A DNA stretch of 32,000 nt. It comes from an uncultured Actinomycetes bacterium (GTDB taxonomy: Bacteria; Actinomycetota; Actinomycetes; S36-B12; CAIYMF01). This document shows, in pieces, positions 21,910 to 32,000 of this stretch. The notes under the pieces were generated by a model. It saw nothing but the letters and a program-made list of their open reading frames with translations, made no database searches and was not told the origin of the DNA. The position numbers and the translations under genes were made by a program. The stretch covers positions 1 through 32,000 of the forward strand of contig CAWJMG010000001.1 of NCBI GenBank assembly GCA_963843975.1. Reading direction: 5' to 3'. The first letter of the stretch is position 1. The number at the start of each line of letters is the position of its first letter.

Positions 21910-23439
21910 CTACTCCTCGGTGACGCCGAGGCGCTCGAGCAGCAGGCTGCGCACGCGGCCGGCGTCGGCCTGGCCGCGCGTGGCCTTCATGACCGCGCCC
22001 ACGATCGCACCGGCCGCGGCGACCTTGCCGCCGCGGATCTTGTCGGCGACGTCCGGCTGTGCGGCCAGCGCCTCGTCGATCGCCGCGAGCAGCGGGCCGT
22101 CGTCGCTCACGACGGCGAGCCCGCGCGAGGCCACGACCTGGTCGGGCGTGCCCTCGCCCGCGAGCACGCCCTCGATCACCTGGCGGGCCAGCTTGTCGTT
22201 CAGCGCACCCTCCCCGATGAGGGCCTCGACCCGCGCGACGTCGGCCGGCGTGATCGGGAGGTCGGCCACCTCGACGACGCGCTCGTTCGCGACGCGGGCC
22301 AGCTCGCCCGTCCACCACTTGCGGGCGGCGGACTGGTCGGCGCCGGCGGCGACGGTCTGCTCGACGAGGTCGAGCGCACCGGCGTTGACGACCGAGGCCA
22401 TCTCGAAGTCGCTGATGCCCCACGCAGCCTTGAGCCGGGCCTGGCGCACGGCCGGGTTCTCCGGCAGTGCGGCGCGCAGCTCCTCCACCCACTCGCGCGA
22501 CGGCGCGATCGGCACGAGGTCCGGCTCGGGGAAGTAGCGGTAGTCCTCGGCGTCGGACTTCTCGCGGCCCGACGTCGTGACGCCGGTGTCCTCGTGCCAG
22601 TGCCGCGTCTCCTGCACGATGCGGCCGCCGGCGGTGAGCACCGCGGCCTGTCGCGTCATCTCGTAGCGGACCGCGCGCTCGACCGAGCGCAGCGAGTTCA
22701 CGTTCTTGGTCTCGGTGCGCGTGCCGAAGGGCGAGTCCGGCGTCGGGCGCAGCGACACGTTGGCGTCGCAGCGCAGCGAGCCCTGCTCCATCTTCACGTC
22801 CGAGACCCCGAGCCCGCGCAGCAGCTCGCGCAGCGCCGTGACGTAGGCGCGCGCGACCTCGGGCGCGTACTTGCCCGTGCCCTCGACCGTCTTGGTGACG
22901 ATCTCGATGAGCGGGATGCCCGCGCGGTTGTAGTCGACCAGCGAGTGGTCGGCGCCGTGGATGCGACCGGTCGCACCACCCTCGTGGGTGGTCTTGCCGG
23001 TGTCCTCCTCCATGTGCGCGCGCTCGATCTCGACGCGGAAGGTCTTCACGCCCTCGTCCGTCTCGACGTCGACGTCGAGGTAGCCGTCGTACGCGATGGG
23101 CTCGTCGTACTGCGAGGTCTGGAAGTTCTTCGGCATGTCCGGGTAGAAGTAGTTCTTGCGGGCGAATCGGCACCACTCGGTGATCGAGCAGTTGAGCGCG
23201 AGCCCGATCCGGATGGCCGACTCGACCGCGACGGCGTTGACCACGGGCAGCGCGCCCGGCAGGCCGAGGCACACCGGGCACACCTGGGTGTTGGGCGGAG
23301 CGCCGAACTCGGTCGGGCAGCCGCAGAACATCTTCGTGACGGTGCCGAGCTCGACGTGCACCTCGAGCCCGAGCACCGGGTCGAAGCTCGCGACGACCTC
23401 GTCGTAGGGCAGGACCTTCTCGGTCGTGTGCGTGCTCAC
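21910..23439 (-). CDS. gatB: Asp-tRNA(Asn)/Glu-tRNA(Gln) amidotransferase subunit B (509 aa)
   Basis: [65 protein letters not shown]...; intact C-terminal part of track ORF 21910-24498. GTG 23439 overlaps the gatA stop (GTGA). Confidence 0.95.
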   Translation of the reverse strand: MSTHTTEKVLPYDEVVASFDPVLGLEVHVELGTVTKMFCGCPTEFGAPPNTQVCPVCLGLPGALPVVNAVAVESAIRIGLALNCSITEWCRFARKNYFYPDMPKNFQTSQYDEPIAYDGYLDVDVETDEGVKTFRVEIERAHMEEDTGKTTHEGGATGRIHGADHSLVDYNRAGIPLIEIVTKTVEGTGKYAPEVARAYVTALRELLRGLGVSDVKMEQGSLRCDANVSLRPTPDSPFGTRTETKNVNSLRSVERAVRYEMTRQAAVLTAGGRIVQETRHWHEDTGVTTSGREKSDAEDYRYFPEPDLVPIAPSREWVEELRAALPENPAVRQARLKAAWGISDFEMASVVNAGALDLVEQTVAAGADQSAARKWWTGELARVANERVVEVADLPITPADVARVEALIGEGALNDKLARQVIEGVLAGEGTPDQVVASRGLAVVSDDGPLLAAIDEALAAQPDVADKIRGGKVAAAGAIVGAVMKATRGQADAGRVRSLLLERLGVTEE

Positions 23440-24947
23440 AGCGCCGGAGCCTCCTCGAGGATCGGGTGGCCCCACCGGTCGAGCAGCGCCGCCTCGAGCG
23501 CCGCACCGACGTTGTAGAGCCGGTCGTCGGCCATGGCCGGGGCCATGATCTGCAGGCCTACGGGCAGGCCGTCCTCCGGCGCGAGGCCGATCGGCAGCGA
23601 CATGCCGGGCGTGCCCGCGAGGTTGGCAGGGATGGTGGCGACGTCGTTGAGGTACATCGCCAGCGGGTCGTCGAGCTTCTCGCCGAGCTTGAACGCCGTG
23701 GTCGGCGCGGTCGGCGAGATGAGGACGTCGACCTGCTCGAACGCGGCCGTGAAGTCGCGCTGGATGAGCGTGCGCACCTTCTGCGCCTGCCCGTAGTACG
23801 CGTCGTAGTAGCCGGCCGACAGCGCGTAGGTGCCGAGCATGATGCGGCGCTTCACCTCGTCGCCGAACCCGGCCGCCCGGGTGCGGCCCATGACCTGCTC
23901 GATCGACGGGTTGCCGTCGTCCTCGCCGACGCGCAGGCCGAAGCGCACGCCGTCGAACTTCGCGAGGTTGCTCGAGCACTCGCTCGGCAGGATCAGGTAG
24001 TACGCCGCGAGCGCGTACGGGAAGTGCGGCGCGGAGACCTCGACGACCTCGGCACCGAGCCCCGTGAGGATCTCGACGGCCTCCTCGAAGCGCTGGCTGA
24101 CGCCGGCCTGGAAGCCCTCGCCGCCGATCTCCTTCACGACGCCGATGCGCAGGCCCTTCACGTCGGCGCGCAGGGCGGCGCCGACGACGTCGGGCACCGG
24201 CACGTCGAGCGAGGTGGAGTCCATCGGGTCGTGGCCCGCGATGACGGCGTGCAGCAGTGCCGTGTCCAGCACGGTTCGGGCGCACGGCCCTGCCTGGTCG
24301 AGCGAGGACGCGAGCGCGACGAGGCCGTAGCGCGAGACGGCGCCGTACGTCGGCTTCACGCCGACCGTGCCGGTGACCGCGGCGGGCTGGCGGATCGAGC
24401 CACCGGTGTCGGTGCCGATCGCGAGCGGGGCCTCGAACGACGCGACCGCCGCTGCCGAGCCGCCGCCCGAGCCGCCGGGGATGCGGTCGAGGTCCCACGG
24501 GTTGTGGGTGGGGCCGTACGCAGAGTGCTCGGTCGAGGACCCCATGGCGAACTCGTCCATGTTGGTCTTGCCGAGGATCACGACTCCGGCGGCCTTGAGC
24601 CGCGCGGTGACGGTGGCGTCGTACGGCGGCTTCCAGCCCTCGAGGATGCGCGACCCGCAGGTCGTCGGGATCCCGCGCTGGGTGAGGACGTCCTTGAGTG
24701 CGAGCGGGACGCCGGCCAGCGGCGACAGCGGCTCGCCCGCCGCACGGGCCGCGTCGACGGCCGAGGCCGCTGCGAGCGCGCCCTCGCGGTCGACGTGCAG
24801 GAACGCGTGGACGCGGTCGTCGACGGCGGCGATCCGGTCGAGGTGCGCGGTGGCCACCTCGACGGCGGACACCTCGCCGCCGGCGACCTTGGCAGCCGTG
24901 TCGGCCGCGGTGAGACGGGTCAGGTCGGTGCTCATGGCCATGCTCAC
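23436..24947 (-). CDS. gatA: Asp-tRNA(Asn)/Glu-tRNA(Gln) amidotransferase subunit A (503 aa)
   Basis: Amidase signature ..[24 protein letters not shown]..; intact. GTG 24947 is 7 nt after GAGGAG. Confidence 0.95.
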   Translation of the reverse strand: MSMAMSTDLTRLTAADTAAKVAGGEVSAVEVATAHLDRIAAVDDRVHAFLHVDREGALAAASAVDAARAAGEPLSPLAGVPLALKDVLTQRGIPTTCGSRILEGWKPPYDATVTARLKAAGVVILGKTNMDEFAMGSSTEHSAYGPTHNPWDLDRIPGGSGGGSAAAVASFEAPLAIGTDTGGSIRQPAAVTGTVGVKPTYGAVSRYGLVALASSLDQAGPCARTVLDTALLHAVIAGHDPMDSTSLDVPVPDVVGAALRADVKGLRIGVVKEIGGEGFQAGVSQRFEEAVEILTGLGAEVVEVSAPHFPYALAAYYLILPSECSSNLAKFDGVRFGLRVGEDDGNPSIEQVMGRTRAAGFGDEVKRRIMLGTYALSAGYYDAYYGQAQKVRTLIQRDFTAAFEQVDVLISPTAPTTAFKLGEKLDDPLAMYLNDVATIPANLAGTPGMSLPIGLAPEDGLPVGLQIMAPAMADDRLYNVGAALEAALLDRWGHPILEEAPAL

Positions 24948-24951
24948 CGGA

Positions 24952-25257
24952 TCACTCCTCGTCCAGGATCCGCGGCACCCGGAAGCGCTCGGACTCGACC
25001 GAGGGCGCCCCCGAGAGCGCCTCCTCGTTGGTCAGGGACGGGCGGACGACGTCCGCGCGGAACACGTTGACCAGCGGCATCGGGTGGCTCGTGGCCGGGA
25101 CGTCGTCGGCAGCCACCTCGGAGACCTGGGCGACGGCGCCCAGGATGACGCCGAGCTGCTCGGCGTAGTGGTCGAGGGACTCGGGCGGGAGATCGATCCG
25201 GGCGAGCCGCGCCAGGTGGGCGACGTCGTCCCGCGTGATCGAGGGGGTGTCCGACAT
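24952..25257 (-). CDS. gatC: Asp-tRNA(Asn)/Glu-tRNA(Gln) amidotransferase subunit C (101 aa)
   Basis: [42 protein letters not shown].. is a typical GatC N-terminus. Start set at ATG 25257 rather than 25266 on the basis of ortholog-like N-terminus and the -10 spacing. Confidence 0.9.
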   Translation of the reverse strand: MSDTPSITRDDVAHLARLARIDLPPESLDHYAEQLGVILGAVAQVSEVAADDVPATSHPMPLVNVFRADVVRPSLTNEEALSGAPSVESERFRVPRILDEE

Positions 25258-25264
25258 GCGGCTC

Positions 25265-25270
25265 ATCCTA
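25265..25270 (-). promoter_or_regulatory. candidate -10 hexamer TAGGAT, 7 nt upstream of gatC ATG 25257 (leaderless)
   Basis: Minus strand reads TAGGAT-gagccgc-ATG. Confidence 0.35.
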
Positions 25271-25300
25271 CGGATCCGGGCACGGCGGCCCGGACGCCGG

Positions 25301-30716
<5,416 letters not shown>

Positions 30717-30720
30717 CAGC

Positions 30721-30744
30721 CGACCCTAGCCCTGGCTAGGGTCG
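30721..30744. promoter_or_regulatory. perfect 11-2-11 palindrome filling the divergent intergenic region; contains two back-to-back TAGGGT -10 candidates
   Basis: cgaccctagcc-ct-ggctagggtcg. On the minus strand, TAGGGT (30728-30723) is followed by 6 nt and GTG 30716. On the plus strand, TAGGGT (30737-30742) is followed by 6 nt and GTG 30749. Confidence 0.5.
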
Positions 30745-30748
30745 CGAC

Positions 30749-31453
30749 GTGTCCTCCGCTCTGCTGGCCGCCGACGTCGTCCTCGACGTCCTGCCGACCG
30801 CGCTCCCGGCCTGGACGCAGCTCGCCGCCGTGGGCGTCGGAGCGGTGGCCGGTGCTGCATATGCCGCGAGGCGCGGGTTCGACGTCGTCGGCATCCTCGG
30901 CCTCGCGGTCGCCCAGGGCCTCGGCGGCCTGCTGCTGCGCGACACCCTGCTGCAGCGCGGCACCTCCGTCGTGCTGCTCGACGGGCGCTACCTGCTCATC
31001 GCCGTCGGCGCGGCCGTGATCGGCTTCTTCTTCGCCGGCCTGATCGACCGCCTCGACGCCGTGGTCGTGGTGCTCGACGCCGCGGCGCTCGGCTTCCTGT
31101 GCACCGTCGGTGCGGCGTCGGCGCTGCGGATCCAGCTGTCGTGGATAGCGGCGGTCTTCATCGGGACGGCGACGGCTGCGGGCGGCCTGATCCTGCGCGA
31201 CCTCCTCGCCGGCGAGCCCCCGCGCGTTCTGCGGCCCGGCGTGATCACGGCGGCCGTGGGCCTCCTCGGGGCGCTCACGTTCACCGGACTCGTGCTGCTC
31301 ACCCCGATCGCGGACGGCCAGGCGCAGATCATCGCGATCCTCGTCGTGTTCGTCGTGCGCGTGCTGGCCGTCAGATACTCCTGGCGCACCCGGCCGGCGC
31401 AGGACCTCGGCGAGCGCGTCTGGTCCCTCTGGTCGCGACCGGACCCGCCATGA
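30749..31453 (+). CDS. UPF0126 / trimeric intracellular cation channel (TRIC)-family membrane protein (234 aa)
   Basis: Two internal repeats each carry the glycine-rich RD motif (GLGGLLLRDTLL and AAGGLILRDLLAG). Seven predicted helices. Intact. Confidence 0.8.
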   Translation: MSSALLAADVVLDVLPTALPAWTQLAAVGVGAVAGAAYAARRGFDVVGILGLAVAQGLGGLLLRDTLLQRGTSVVLLDGRYLLIAVGAAVIGFFFAGLIDRLDAVVVVLDAAALGFLCTVGAASALRIQLSWIAAVFIGTATAAGGLILRDLLAGEPPRVLRPGVITAAVGLLGALTFTGLVLLTPIADGQAQIIAILVVFVVRVLAVRYSWRTRPAQDLGERVWSLWSRPDPP

Positions 31454-32000
31454 GCACGCTCGGCGTGACCGTCGTCTACGACGTCCTCGCGCTCCCCTAC
31501 TGGCTCGAGATGGCCGCCGTGACGTTCGGCGCCCTCTCCGGCGCTCTGCACGCGACGCGCAAGGGCCTCGACCTGGTGGGCGTCTTCACCCTCGCTCTCG
31601 TGACGGGTGTCGGCGGCGGCATCGTCCGCGACGTGCTGCTGCAGTCCGGCGTGCCCGTCTTCCTGCGCAACCCGGCGTACCTCGGCAGCGCAGTGCTCGC
31701 GGCCGTCGTCGCCGTCGTGCTCGCGCGGATCGTCCGGCAGGCCCTGCCGGTGATCGGGATCGTCGACACGCTGCTGATCGGCGCCTGGGTCGTGCTCGGC
31801 GCCGAGCGGGCGCTGCACATCGACCTCAGCCTCTCGGCCGCCGCGTTCCTGGGCGTGCTGACCGCCATCGGCGGCGGGCTCGTGCGCGACCTGCTCGTGG
31901 GCGAGGTGCCGACGACGTTCCTGCCGGGGCAGTGGTACGCCACGGCAGCTATCGCGTCGGCCACGGCGTACGTGCTCATCGTCGGTGCCGGGGGCACCCT
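31450..32000 (+). CDS. second UPF0126/TRIC-family paralog, partial (runs off the window end)
   Basis: ATG 31450 overlaps the upstream stop (ATGA). Hand translation gives MSTLGVTVVYDVLALPYWLEMAAVTFGALSGALHATRKGLDLVGVFTLALVTGVGGGIVRDVLL...AIGGGLVRDLLVGE..., open to 32000. Confidence 0.8.
   Translation, partial: MSTLGVTVVYDVLALPYWLEMAAVTFGALSGALHATRKGLDLVGVFTLALVTGVGGGIVRDVLLQSGVPVFLRNPAYLGSAVLAAVVAVVLARIVRQALPVIGIVDTLLIGAWVVLGAERALHIDLSLSAAAFLGVLTAIGGGLVRDLLVGEVPTTFLPGQWYATAAIASATAYVLIVGAGGT

Noticed and set aside
21852-21925. The N-terminal extension of the kinase-like ORF (MPPWHYRIGVGQ, start 21881) and the plus-strand ORF 21884-22537 ([12 protein letters not shown]) as real coding starts.
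   Set aside because: The two near-identical peptides are simply both strands of the 21856-21909 palindrome read in frame. GC3 is poor there, and 21884-22537 is otherwise antisense to gatB.

Overview
This is a very GC-rich (by eye over 70% G+C, strong GC3 bias) actinobacterial-type core chromosome segment. Most genes are on the minus strand. They form the conserved housekeeping block leuB / serA / ilvC-ilvN-ilvB / ilvD / gatB-gatA-gatC / ligA, in the same relative order as the well-known Mycobacterium leuB-serA-ilvCNB-gatBAC-ligA neighbourhood. leuA is divergent from leuB.

Interspersed accessory genes are: DUF3224, an SDR-type epimerase, a nucleoside deaminase, a cation:proton antiporter, DUF952, a photolyase-like flavoprotein with a DUF2256/DUF3253 partner, two membrane GGDEF-EAL proteins, a SHOCT membrane protein, a 2-hydroxyacid dehydrogenase, an aldo/keto reductase, an L,D-transpeptidase, an APH-type kinase, a MetE-C-terminal-like protein and two tandem UPF0126/TRIC channel paralogs.

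I saw no tRNA or rRNA genes, CRISPR arrays, transposases, integrases or phage-like genes, and no convincing novel multi-gene system. This looks like an ordinary core region.

Five things deserve a second look:
1. Eight single-base indels (seven +1, one -1) break five otherwise well-conserved genes. Four of them lie in leuA, and ligA and serA are also hit.
2. Leader-peptide attenuators sit upstream of leuA (Leu-Leu-Leu sORF plus an SD-sequestering switch) and ilvB (Ile/Val-rich sORF plus a GC hairpin with a U5 terminator).
3. The photolyase-like protein has its domains in an apparently circularly permuted order.
4. A TANNNT hexamer recurs 6-7 nt upstream of 12 start codons, implying leaderless transcripts. 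Two of these hexamers sit back to back inside a perfect palindrome.
5. A long, unusually A/T-containing hairpin abuts the gatB stop codon.

All product calls come from reading translations by eye. No database search was possible.
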